DNA from: Salpingoeca rosetta
Taxonomy: Eukaryota; Protista; Choanoflagellata
DNA length: 64,000 nt
Direction of reading: 5' to 3'
Assembly (NCBI GenBank): GCA_033442325.1
Contig: JAWQFM010000003.1
Span: 2,473,970 to 2,537,969 of the forward strand
Below the pieces are notes generated by a model. That model was not told the origin of the DNA and did not search any database. It saw only the letters and a list, made by a program, of their open reading frames with translations. The position numbers were made by a program, and so were the translations under genes. Below are positions 40,448 through 64,000 of the stretch, piece after piece (positions within the stretch are counted from its first letter, which is position 1; every line of letters starts with the position of its first letter).

Positions 40448-42430
40448 GCTTCCATGCGTGCCGTGTACGCATGTGCTTCCATGGGCGACAGTTTCACGTG
40501 GATGGGGCATGCAAGTGTGTCTCTTGTGCATTTTACACCACTGCCGTTCATGCAATCGCCTCAACGTGCGTTCACTCTGATGCTCCATCAGCGAGAACGT
40601 GGAGCCGGGCTTCACCGTGGAGGCGCAAGTGTACTGCTACACATTCACGGACCCAGAGGTAAGAGAGTCAGAGTATTGTGTTGCGTGCTGTTCCTTTGTC
40701 ACAACTGTTTACATGCATACACCCCACTCACGCCCACGCACACACTCACGCACAAATTCACGCACACACTGGCGCTCACGCTCACATACATACACACACG
40801 CAACTGCATGCACAACGGCCTCTCGCGTAGCGCGTGCAGGCACAGCGCCGGGTGAGCACGCCCAAAAAGGCCATGGAACGTATGGGCCAGGCTGCGCGGC
40901 ACATTCGCAACGCAACACCACGGAAGCTCAAGAAGTTCAGGCAGATTATTTCGTCAAAACTCAGCGGTGTGTTCATATGTTTCTACTTCTGTTCGCGTCG
41001 TCCGCGCTGTTTGATCACGGGTTGATTGTGCCTGACATGGGGTATAAGCGTTTTAACGAGCTGGCAAACTTGGTGTCAGCTCCTGTTGTCGCAATGACTC
41101 ATGCTCGTCGCTGTGCATGAACAGAGCTCGCGGATTCGCGTTCAAGCCGTGCTGGGTCGCGTGGTCCAGCAACGCCCGAGCGCCCAGCTCGCCCACGCAC
41201 GCGTGAGGGCACAACTCGCGACATCACAAAGGACTTTGTGCAGGTGTGCGTGTGTGTGTGTGTGTGCGGATGTGTACGTCGCTGCACCATATGTGGTCCT
41301 GTTGCTTTCTTGGTCAGTCCAATTTTGTGCGCACGCCGTGGTTCCACTCACGCTGTGCCTTGTCACCCTTGTCTCGACGGTCACTCTGCCACGTGACGTT
41401 TGCAGTTGGCTGAGTTCAAGCTGACGCAGAGCGACATGGGCGACCACCACCTTGACCTGACGCTTGTGCACGGCGAGGACCACCCTGTTGGGGATGTTGT
41501 GTTTGTGTCGTCGCGCATCTCCGCTGTGCAGACGGATGACTACGAGGGGTTCCTCACCTTCAAGACAGACTGTGGCTGGGAGCGCTTCTGGACCGTGCTC
41601 AAGAACGGCGTCATGTCCCAGTACACGCAGATTAAGCCCCGCCAACTCCTGGTACACACTCGCACACACGCTCTCTCTCTCACAAGCATACACACACACA
41701 CACACACACACAACCGTTCAAACAAGTTGGTTCGTCTTGTGGTCAAACACGGTGTGGGATGCTGATATTCACCGTGTTTTTGTTGCTGCTGCTGTTGTTG
41801 TTCTTCTTCTTCTTGTTCTTCTTATTCTCACCACTGCCGTGCTGGTTTTGGTGACTTGTGTGTTGTTGTGTTGTGGTGTGCAACAGGCGACGACGGACCT
41901 GTCCACCTTGCCCCCAAACACACACGTACAACGTGTGTCTCGGCAGGAGTGTGCACGGCACCATTCCTTTGATCTTCGCGGTGAGTTTGATTTGCGGCAT
42001 GTAGCGTGTGGCATGCCACTGGTCGCAAGCACATACAAGCAAGTCATTGGTTGCTCGTTGTGTTTTGTGTTGCTTTGTCCCCTGATCTCACACCCCTTGC
42101 TCTGTTTGGTGGTGACGCTTCCAGCACTGAGCCCAATTGCAGAGGAGATTGTGCTTCTGCGGGTTGCCGGCGACTCAAAGGTGTGTGCATGTGCGTGTGT
42201 TTGTATGTGTGTTTGTATGTGTTTGTTTGTATGTGTGTTTGTATGTGTTTGTTTGTATGTGTTTGTTTGTATGTGCGTGTGTGTGCTTGTGCATTCTTGC
42301 TCGTTTCATCCGCCAACACCCCCTGCCCTCCCTCCGCCCCAATTTCCATCCACCACAGGAGCACCAAACCGCTTGGCGTGCTGCGCTTTCAAACACTCTC
42401 ACTCGCCTTCAAGCCTGGTCCACCGCCTAA
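37443..42430 (+). CDS. ANLN: Anillin homologue: long disordered N-terminus, anillin-homology (RBD/C2) region and C-terminal PH domain
   Basis: Exon 1 MAARVKADMRRM (37443-37478); large exon 37785-39599. AH/C2-like region: TVTLTQIRLRLHW..ISFENVEPGFTVEAQVY. PH: EGFLTF..GWERFWTVLKNG...RVSRQECARHHSFDL...AGDSKEHQTAWRAALSNTLTRLQAW (cf. anillin REFCARRNTFEL..SADTKEE..W..L...IRLW). Rhotekin-like identity is not fully excluded. Confidence 0.8.
37555..37757. repeat. Intronic minisatellite of (AC)n-AGCT/AACT units
   Basis: Seen directly in anillin intron 1. Confidence 0.85.
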
Positions 42431-43067
42431 CTCCCGACAGCCATCAAAGCAACCCACTCACACCACACCAAACACCACACACCACACACCACACCACCAC
42501 ACTCGTTCGCTTCCTGCTTGTTCTGCTTACTCGATCCAGCAAAGTGTGTTTCTGTTGAGGAGAAATTACAAAAGTCTTCCAAGAAGTTTCGGTTGCGCCT
42601 CAGGCCAAGGTGGAAAAAAAAAAAGAAAAATTCGCACAACCCAACACAAACAAGCAAAGCAAAGGAAGCAAGCAAGCAAGCAAGCAAGCAAGGAGGCGTT
42701 TGTTTTGTTTCGCAGCTGGTGTGCGTTGGCTGCGAGAGTGAGTGTGCATTGTGATTGGTGGGTTGGATTGTGTGTGTGTTGTCGGAGGCACCACCAACAC
42801 CGAAGCAGCAAAGACAGCGACAGCAAAGCAAAGCAAGCAAGCAGTTCGACTGTCGCAGGCCTGGACTGCGCGCGCGTGTGTGCGTGTGTTTGTGCGTGAG
42901 ACTGAGGCATCCGCAACTTCAGCCCCCAACGACAGCGAACAACAACACCCCTCGCTTGACGTGAGGTGGCACATAAGGGTGGATTGTGCGTGAGTGTGTG
43001 CGTAAGTGTGAGTGTGAGAGGGAGAGAACTTGACAGACTTGACACGAAAACAAGAGCGCCGCCAGCG

Positions 43068-43625
43068 ATGGATCCCGTCAACTCCTTTGCGGTAGAGGCT
43101 GACGACGAAATCAAAAGTGAGCACATTGATCGAGAAATGCCTGTGCGTGCTTTGCGTCTGTGCGCGCCTTGCGCTCGCTCGCGCTTGCACAAGCTGTGTG
43201 AAGTGGGTTGAGCCGTTTTAATCTGCTCATCTGTGGTTTTGCCTTGATGTCAATGCCAGATGTGCGCCTTCAGCTCAAGGCCCTAAGTGGCCGAACATCC
43301 AAGAAGGTGGAGTTGCTTCGCGACATGAACGAGTTCTTCACCCGCCAGGTGAGGCCGCTGTGCCTTCGCATTGTCGTCTGTGTGCAGTGTGCATCGTGTT
43401 GGCCGTGTGACGCTGATGTCTGCTTGTAGACTCTTGTGCGGCCGCGTTGGTGCCTTTGCCCACCACCCACGGCTGCACACTCACACGCCGCCACTGTCCA
43501 TCCCAACAACAGGCCGACATTGAACTCCAGTATGCGCGGCAGCTGGATGGCCTGTATGCCAAGTTTGTCAAGCCGCGCAGTGAGCGGGGAGCCGTGGCCA
43601 ACGTCGCCAAGGCCCTCAGGTGTGC

Positions 43626-43665
<40 letters not shown>

Positions 43666-46600
43666 GTGTGTGTGTGTGGTTTTCGTTATTCGCAGTCTTG
43701 CGCACTGCACATTTGCACACCGCCCACGGCGTGTGTCGTAGCCTCGTTTTCACTCATGTGTCTCCTCTGTTCTCGCACTCACAACCATACTCGCCAATGC
43801 GCCAACCCATTCACCCACGTGTGCGTTTGCAGGCGGCCCACGCAAGAAGGCGAAGAGAACGAGGCGGTTGCGTCCCGCCTGGATGGCGAGACGCACGGGC
43901 AGGTCATGGACGTGTGGTATGTGCTGTTGGAGCAGATGCGCAAACGCGCAGACGCCCGGCAGCGGTTTGCCACAAACCTCGCAGACGAAATGAAGGTGTG
44001 CGCGTGTGCGTGTGTGTGAGTGCGCGCGCGCGCGTGGCTGTGTGTGAGTGAGCGAGTGGGAGTTGGGGAGGGGAGTGAGTGGATGAATGAGTGGGTCAGA
44101 GGCGGCGGTGTGAAGATGACATGTCGTCATGCATTCATGCGCAACACTTGTTGACGTGCTCGTGATCCATTGCATGTGTAGCATCCTCACCTCCATCTGC
44201 ACATCCTACCACACACCCTACCACACACACGCACACACCATGCCCGCACCAGTCGCGGTTGGACTGCCTAGAGCGCGAGAGTGTGGCTGCATCGAAGCGC
44301 TGCCTTGAACTTGGCGGTCATATCCAGGTCTGTACTGCAATCGTGCACGAATGCACTGTGTCGGAATTGCTCGCCTGCCTGTGTGTGCGTGTGTCTGTGT
44401 TTGTGTGTGCGTGTGTGTGTGTGTTTGTGTGTGCGTGCATATGTGTGTGTGCTTGCATACCTCTTTCTTTTCTGTGTGTGTGTGCTATCTACCCATGCTG
44501 ACACGTTTGTGCTTGTGGGTTGCAATGCGTGTTGTCTTCTTCGCAGCTTGAGCTTCAGCGGTCGTTCAAGCAAGTTGACGACACCCTCAAAGTCTACTAC
44601 TCTTCGCAAAGTACGCAGCCACACACCGCATCTCTGTGTGTTGGTGTTTGTATTGTTGCACGCACATCCACGTGTTGTGTGCGTGTGTGTGTGTGTTGTT
44701 TGTGCCCCCCTCGCTCCCCCTCCATTTCTTCATGTGCTTCGCTCACTCGCCCGCTTGATGGCTGCGTCCGTGATAATGATGCAATGACAACGCGTGTGTG
44801 GTTGATAGCCAAGTGCGCAAAGGCAGAGGAGAGCTGGGACAAGGCGAAGGAGAAGGGTCAAATCAAGAAGGGCGAGAAAGTGCGTTGCATTGATGAGTTC
44901 TGCCTGCACAACAGCTAACCATGACTGTGCATGGCGCAGTGCCCACGCTTCTGTGCTGCTGCGTCCTCACAAACGCTACATCACACACTCACTCACTCAC
45001 TCACTCACTCACTCTCCCACACGCACTCTCTCTCTCTCACGCACTCTCTCGCTCTCTCATTCGTGCACACGTTGCGCTGTCATGTTACTCCGGCCCCCAG
45101 ATGAAAGAGAAGGTGGTTCTCGCTGAGAAGAAGGCCGTTGCTGCGCGCAATGAATACGTCCTCTCCCTCTTCTCCGCCAACGCGTGCAAGCGGCGCTACT
45201 ACAAGGTGCGCTGTGAGCGCATGCATGTGTCTGCGCGAGCGTGCGTGTGTGTGTGTGTTTACAGGTCATGCTGCCAGTCAGTGTCAGTGTCACCCCTCAC
45301 CCATCACTCATCGTCGTCATTGCTTGCTTGTCCCTGCCACCGCGGCTTGTACGTGTGCTACCCCCTCCCCTCTTCTTCTTCTTCTTCTTCTTCTTCTTCT
45401 TCTTCTTCTTCTTCTTCTTCTTCTTCTTCTTCTTGAACTCCAATTTCCGTTCTGTCCCTGCAGCGTGAGATCAGCCACTTGGTGGACGCGATGGACAAGT
45501 ACTTCCACTCCAACTTCCGCCACATCTTCAAGATCTTCCGTGATCTCTCCATGCAGGTTTGTACCGCGTCCAGCTGGGCAATGCGTGCCCGACACGTTTG
45601 AGCTCTGGCGTCGTGTTGGTTGTGTCTGTGGTGTGTGTGTTGTGCGACTGCATTCCCCCTTTTCCTTTCATTTTGCCTCATGCCTGATCGGTTGTGATCG
45701 CCCCAAACGCCCACACGCCCACATGCATTCAAACACGCACACACACACGCACACCGCATACATATTCAACACATACACACACATATTCATACACTTCATA
45801 CACACACCCCATACACGCACATTCAACATAACACACACACATGTATTCACACACGCGCATCCCACAGGCGGAGGCGATTGTGACCAAGTCGATTGAGACG
45901 GTGCACGACACGGCGAGCAGCGTCAGCGCCAAGGCGGAGAAGGAGAAGTTCTTCAAGGACAACCGCGTGTACTTTATGGACCGCCGCATGTTCGAGTTTG
46001 TCAAGTTCAGGCCAGACGAGGTGCGCCACGTGTCTTGATCGTGTGCGTGTGTGCGCGGGTGTACGTGCTTGTGTTTTGGTTGTTTATGTGTGTGTGTGTG
46101 TGTGCATATGCTTGTATTGTTGTATTTGTGCGAGTATGAGAGTTTCTTGCGTCTGTCGCCTTGCCCTCAGTGCATGCGTTGTACATCATCGCTGTTTGGA
46201 TGTGACCATTTCATACCCTTGCCGCAATTTCTTTGATAATCGTTGCATATATATTCTCACCCTCGTTCCTCCTCGATGTGTGTCTGTGTGCGTGTTTGCT
46301 TTATGCACGCGTGCGCGCTGGTTTCAGCCGATGGATGTTCAATGCACACCAGACACGCTGGGAGACCTCATTGGCCGCTATCAGGACCTCGAAGCGATGG
46401 TAAGCCCATTTGCAGCTATTGTGCAATTGCAATGCCTGCTCGTCACTTGGATGTACCCTGTCCTTCCTTGTTCACGACTGCCGTTGCTGCTGCTGGGGTG
46501 AACTGTGTCATCCAACGTGCCTGATTCCTTGTGTGCTCACCGAACACTTTCGCTTTGAAATGCACACGCGCATGGCTTGTGTGGTGACGTGTGCGTGTGT

Positions 46601-48096
46601 GTGCGTGTGTGTGTATGTTCAGGTTGCCAAACTCGATCATCAGATTACGGAGGAGAAGAAGACGCTCAAGACCATTGGTGTTCTTCGTCGCGAAATCGGA
46701 CATTCGCTCCAGGTACACACACACGCGCACGCACACACATACACACACATACGCACTCGCTTACTTGCTCTTTTAGTATTACCCCCATATTCGTGTGTGT
46801 GCGCATGTTTGCTGTGTGCCCTGCTGTGCGTGTATCCTGTGCGTGCCACTAGCACACATCTCTCTTTATCCACATACTCTCACAGGCTCACACACACACA
46901 CACACAACATTTGCGCGTGCGCATAGGCGAATGATGAAGGGGTGCCCAAGTGCGTGGAGAACACAAGCATGTACACAGAAAGCTACGCCCGGCTTGTGTT
47001 GAAGAAGGTGCACAAAGCATCCCTTGTCAGCCAGCTCAAGGTCCTTGGCGAGGTTCGTTCATCAATACACACACACACACATACACACACACATAATTGC
47101 ATGCTTGCGGCTGCGATTGTGTCTGCCATAACGCTTCTTGAATCGGTGCGAACTAACACACACATACACACACACCAAATTTCCATTGCTCTTCACTGTT
47201 GTCCACAGGCACTGGGACCAAACAAACCCATGAGCTCGCACACATACGAAGACCAACTCTCTGGTCAGCAAACTGACGTTGTCTGTCTCCTCACTTTGCA
47301 TTGTTTGTTGTACTTTGACGTTTCTTCAGTGTCAGCTCCTTACCCCGACCCGGCTCACTCCATTTACTGTTCGCTGCGTGTGCATTGCATGTGTGTCTGT
47401 GTCTGTATACGAACGCATATATGTGTGTGTGATCAGAATCCGAGACGGAGGAGGAAGAGGACTTTGATTACCTTCAGTCCTCGCACAAGAGTGGCAGCTT
47501 GCGCCGCGCCTCGTGAGTTCTCCACTTGTTTTCACACAGCTGCTGCACCACGTGCACTACATGCCTTTGTCCGAATACCTCATTCTGTTTCTTTGCTTGA
47601 GCCACTCCTGCTGACCTCGTTTACCATTATCACCATCACCACCATCAATCATCATCGATGCATCATCAATCATCAGGCTGGCGCACCGCACGTCCACATC
47701 GTCGCTTCCGCCGGAGACAACCAACGGCAGCGCACAGGTACAGCTGACGCGTGACTTGCACGAACACAATACCGTGACACTGTGACCACCACGAGCGAGT
47801 GGCTGTTGCTGTCCCGCATGAGTCATGCCAATGCTGAGTGAACAGTGACGTCTGATTCACAAAGTGCTTCGTTGCCGTTGTGTACGTATGTCCTTGTTCG
47901 TCTTCCACAGGGCACGTCAACGCACACACCAGATGCTCAGTCCATTCGCAGCCGCAGGTTCGTGTTGTTGACACACACTGGCCATCTCAACCCATGCGCA
48001 CACACACACACACACACGCCATGCTTATTTGTTGTTCGACTTGTCAATGCTCCTGTTCTTGTATTGCTGCCTGTACTTTGCAGCCTCACACGTGCC

Positions 48097-48161
<65 letters not shown>

Positions 48162-51100
48162 GCACGCACGCATACACACGTGATGATTGCGCGGCGTCCC
48201 AGCGGGTCTGCTGCGTCCACGCTGTCTGCGCTGCAGAACGAGGAAGTGGCACGCAGCCGGCTCAACACCGCCACCACACACGTGCCCGCCAGCGAAGATG
48301 GCGGTGGGGACGACAGCAGCGGCGGTATTAGTGCGGGGTCATCGCATATGAGTGTGCGGCGCCCGGCACCAGCACCACCGGGACCGCCGGCTGGACGCTC
48401 CTCTCCTCGTCTCGGCCGCAGCGCTCGCAGGGGCAAGCGCGTACGTTGCAGGGGCATCGCCCGCGCTGTGTGTCTGTGTGTGTCTGTGTCTGTATGTGTG
48501 TCTGTGTGTCTGTGTGTCTGTATCTGTGTCTCTGTGTCTGCCTATGTTGGTTTTGTTCTTGTCACTAATGTTTTACTGTCAGGTGCTCACCACGTTTGTG
48601 GCGTGCAGTCAGCAGCAGCCGCTCATCCCATTATTGACCCCCCTCCCCCTCTCTTTTTTCTCCTTCAGCCGGAGCGCCCGCCTGATCCGCGCCGCGGTGC
48701 GTCTGTGAGCGCCGGTACCGGGCGACCAAAACCGCCGGCAAAGCCGCCATTGCCTGCAGGCAAAGTCACACCCAAGGCCACGCCCAAGCGGCCGCCACGC
48801 CCCACGCCTGCCAAGCGCCCCGAGCCAGCGGGGGCGGGCGAACGCCTCTCGCCTGCAGCGCTGAACGCCTCCAAGTTTGGCAGCGTGCTTGATGTGATGG
48901 CGAGCGCCACGAACAGGGAGGTGCCACTGCTGGTTGAGAGTTGCATCAAGGCCATCCGCGATATCGGCATGAAGGAGGAAGGCATCTTCAGGGTGCCCGG
49001 CTCATCCTTGCAGGTAGCACACCACGTGGACTGCGCATGCGTGCAGTGTGCGTGCATGTGTTTGCCGGTGTGTGTGTGTGTGTGTGTGCATGTGTGTCTA
49101 CGTGCGTGCATGTGCATGTGTGTCTACGTGCGTGCATGTGCATGTGTGTGTATGTGTGTGCGTGTCTGCAACAATGTCAATGTACTCAGTATGTGCGTGC
49201 TCTGTAGCCCACTTCACACTCGGCTCACCACATGTCACCACCACCAAAACCAAACCAAACCAAATCAAACCCAACCTTTCTTTTCCTTGGAACAGATTGA
49301 CGAGCTGAAGGAGGCGTTTGAGCGCGGCCAGGATCCGTTGGCAGACGGCGTTCCATCACACATCCACCCAGCTGCCATTGCAGGTGACGCTTTTTATTGC
49401 TGTGCTGGCTTGGGTTTTTTGTGCATGTGCACAAACACGCTCAAAAGCGTGCTTCATTGTTCTTCATTGTGCTTGGTGCCGCCCATGTCGTCATCGCAAA
49501 CATACAACCACAATTGCACATATTCACAAACACATACGCGCACATGCACACCTGCAGGCCTGTTGAAGTTGTTCCTGCGTGAGCTGGCGGATCCCGTCAT
49601 GACCAACGATAACTACTCCCTCCTCATCCAGGTTCGTGTGTGTGCGTGTGTGTGCGTGTGTGTGCGTGTGTGTGCGTGTGTGTGCGTGTGTGTGCGTGTG
49701 TGTGCGTGCACGCGTTCATACATGAGTGCGTGGTTGTCTGTCTGTGGTTATGAACGCAAGCTGTCGCTTGTTTCTTCTTCGCTGCCTACTCTTCACATAC
49801 ACAGTGCCCTCACCCATTGTCAAACCAAACCAAACCATACCAAACTACCCACTCCCCACCACCACCACCGCCACGACAGATTGGCAACCTGCCTGACCAG
49901 CAGAAGCGGCTGCAGGGCATCCGGCGAATTGTGCACGAGCGGCTGCCGCCCGCAAACAGGCGCGTGTTGGAGGTGCTCATGCCGTTCCTGTATGAGGTGG
50001 CGCAACACGAGGCCGACAACAAGATGGGCACGTCGAACCTGGCCCTCGTGTTTGGGCCAACGCTCATGCCAGCGCCCAAGCATGACATGGGCGCAATGCT
50101 GCGTGATGCAACCACTGTCAACACCATCATGAGCTGCCTCATTGAGTACCACGAGTGGATCTTTGCGTCGGCAGCAGCACAACACGACGGCAGTGCTTCC
50201 ACCACAGATGCAACCGCACCCGAAGCAGAAGCATCACCGAAAGACAGTGCCGCCTCCGCCACCACACCAGCCACAGCAGCCACATCATCAACAGCAGCAT
50301 CAGGGGCAACAGCCACGGGTGATTCGAAGCCTGTTGCAGCCAAGCGCAAGCCGACACCGCGCGTCGTGACATATGCGCTGGCGCTGCACGACTACCAGGG
50401 GCGAAACCCGTCCGAGCTGTCGTTTGCAAAGGGCGCGCGCATCCCCGTGCACGAGAAGACAGACCCCAATTGGTGGAAGGGCGAGCTTGACGGAAAGAAA
50501 GGGTATGTCGCTGCGGCGTACGTGAAGGATGCCGGCCTTGAAGTAGACGCGAAACCAGCGACAACAGCAGCAACAGCAGCAACAGCAGGCGGGAATGACG
50601 GCACGACTTCTGCTGCAGCAAACCAGACGCCCCAAGCAGCGCCGCGGTCACAGAAGAAGGTTCCGCCTGCCGTTCGTCCCCGCACCAAGTCCACAGCAAG
50701 CATGCGGGGCAAGCTTGAGGAGCACGGCAGCGGTGTGCAGCAGGCCGGACCCGTGGCTGCCGCAGCAAAGACATCGTCATTGTCGTCGTCGTCGTCGTCA
50801 CCACCACCAGCAGCACCTGCACCGGCACCTCCACGAGCACCATCGGATGAGCTGGAGAAGGAAGCTGAGGAGACGGACGACGAGGACTCGCCAACAACAC
50901 ACACAGGGACGCTCGACCTCGATGCGCGGGCACAGTCGGCGTTTGTGCTACCAACGAGACCCCACCCAGCTGCTGCTGTTGGCAGTGGTGGACACGGTGA
51001 CGCCGGTGACGAGACAGACGGAGAAAGTGTCGGGTACCTTGACATTGGCGAGATTCAGTCTCGTCGAGCAACGCTGGCCTCTGAGCGGTCGCCCGGTGTA

Positions 51101-51905
51101 CCGCCGCCACCGCCGCCAGCAGACTACAGCGACAACGACGACGACGATGCTGATGCTGCTGATGGTGCTGATGGTGCTGATGTGCAGGTTCGATCGCGCG
51201 CAGGTACGGGTGTGCGCCAGTCCCCACGTCACATCTCGCTCGACATGACTGTGGATGCGGCGACAACAGACGGCGACACAGAACCGCCACCGCCACCGCC
51301 CATCCCTGCACCAGACTACGATGAGGACCCGTTTGGAAGCAGCGACGCCGTCAGCTCGCCAAAGCCGCGGCTGAGCGATTCGCTGGACACGCCCGCAGAG
51401 ACACCGGCGCCCCCGAACGGCGCTGGCTCGCGGCTGTTTGAGACGCGGACGGCATCCAAGGACTCGATTGGCAGTGGGGGCGGGGCGAGCCGCCTGTCGC
51501 GCGCAATGTCGTTTGGGCCCATGTTTGCACCGCCGCCGCCACCAGACGAGGATGAGGAGGACGATGATGATGATGATGGTGATGGTGATGCGTTTGATGG
51601 TGGCGATGGCAGCGTGACACAGATCACCCTTCCGCCGCCGCCGCCACCGACAGATGCGGATGCGGGCGGTTTTAGCGACGACGAAGTTGATGATCTTCCT
51701 CCGCCCCCACCACCAACAGGTGTGTAAATGTGTGTGTATGTGTGCATGTCTGTGTGTGCATGTGTGTGTGTGTGACGTCTGCGTTGCACTACCTTTGTTT
51801 CTCCTGACATTCCACCTCTCTTCTTACGTGTTCGTTTGCGTGCCAAACTTTGCAGGGGACGATGAGTTTTTGGATTTGCCGCCGCCACCAACACCGGATG
51901 CATAG
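43068..51905 (+). CDS. srGAP/ARHGAP4-like protein: F-BAR, RhoGAP, SH3 and Pro-rich acidic tail (>20 exons)
   Basis: F-BAR: VRLQLKAL..ELLRDMNEFFTRQADIELQYARQLDGL; ARNEYVLSLFSANACKRRYYK. RhoGAP: VPLLVESCIKAIRDIGMKEEGIFRVPG, AGLLKLFLREL, NKMGTSNLALVFGPTL. SH3: ALALHDYQGRNPSELSFAKG..NWWKGELDGKKGYVAAAYV. Ends DLPPPPTPDA*. Confidence 0.9.
45371..45433. repeat. (TTC)n microsatellite, intronic
   Basis: Seen directly. Confidence 0.9.
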
Positions 51906-52533
51906 TGGAACACAGGGAAGGAACAGGATCTTAGCACGCGTTGTGTCGTGTGTGTGTGCGCGCGTTTGCTTTTGTGCGTCAACGTAGTTGTCCAGGTTGC
52001 CTTGCTTGTCTCTTCACGCTTCACGTTTGTATTCAAACCAACGTCCCAATCCCCTTTTGATGTTGACAAATGAGTGTGTGCTTGATTGGCGTGCTTGTTG
52101 TCTTCGCTTGCAATGTCGTGTGTTCGCTGCTGAACCAAGAACGTGAGGGTGGACATGTCGTGTGGTTATGCGCTTTGATCTCGTGCTTGTCGTGTGGATT
52201 TTGTCGAATCACAAAAAGACATACAGGATGTGACCCACAAACGGTGGATGCTGTGGCTGTGGTGGTGGTGGGGATAGCAGGGAGGGAGGAGTTGGTCTTG
52301 CACTGATGTGGACTATGTTGTGGCGGTGGTGGTGTTGACTATGCTATGGCTCTTCTTTTGCACGTGACACGAATCGGTTCATTACCAGAGAAAAGAAGCA
52401 TGAAGGAATGGGCAGGGAAGATGGTGAAGCAAAAGAAAGAGATCAACTACTGACATGAAATGAAGAGCAATGATACTTTGAACACACATGTGCACCACAG
52501 CTGTGTATGTATGGTTGTTTGGTCATTGCACCA

Positions 52534-64000
<11,467 letters not shown>

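Overview
Intron-rich, GC-rich eukaryotic DNA saturated with (GT)n/(CA)n, (CAA)n and (CAT)n microsatellites. Gene content and style suggest a choanoflagellate, most likely Salpingoeca rosetta (inference). Most ORFs in the supplied track are repeat artefacts. Manual splicing gives 13 protein-coding genes: HDAC3(-), RPAP3(+), a degenerate alpha/beta-hydrolase(-), a degenerate Nudix-fold protein(+), PPP1R37/LRRC68(-), a single-pass receptor with Ig-like repeats and a cytoplasmic SH2 domain(+), a 64-aa single-TM microprotein(+), TMEM243(-), a PTB+SH2 adaptor(+), IFT52(-), anillin(+), an srGAP-like F-BAR/RhoGAP/SH3 protein(+) and POLA1(-, 5' end outside the window). Ten genes form five head-to-head pairs with short shared promoters. 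The most notable points are: a kinase-less phosphotyrosine neighbourhood (receptor-SH2 plus PTB-SH2 adaptor); a divergent pair of apparent pseudoenzymes; an IFT52/anillin bidirectional promoter with an RFX half-site and an E2F/CHR-like element; a TTGATGA 7-mer recurring in the divergent promoters; and a possible solo LTR in an HDAC3 intron. All family calls are from recalled motifs, not database searches. No rRNA, tRNA or CRISPR features were seen.
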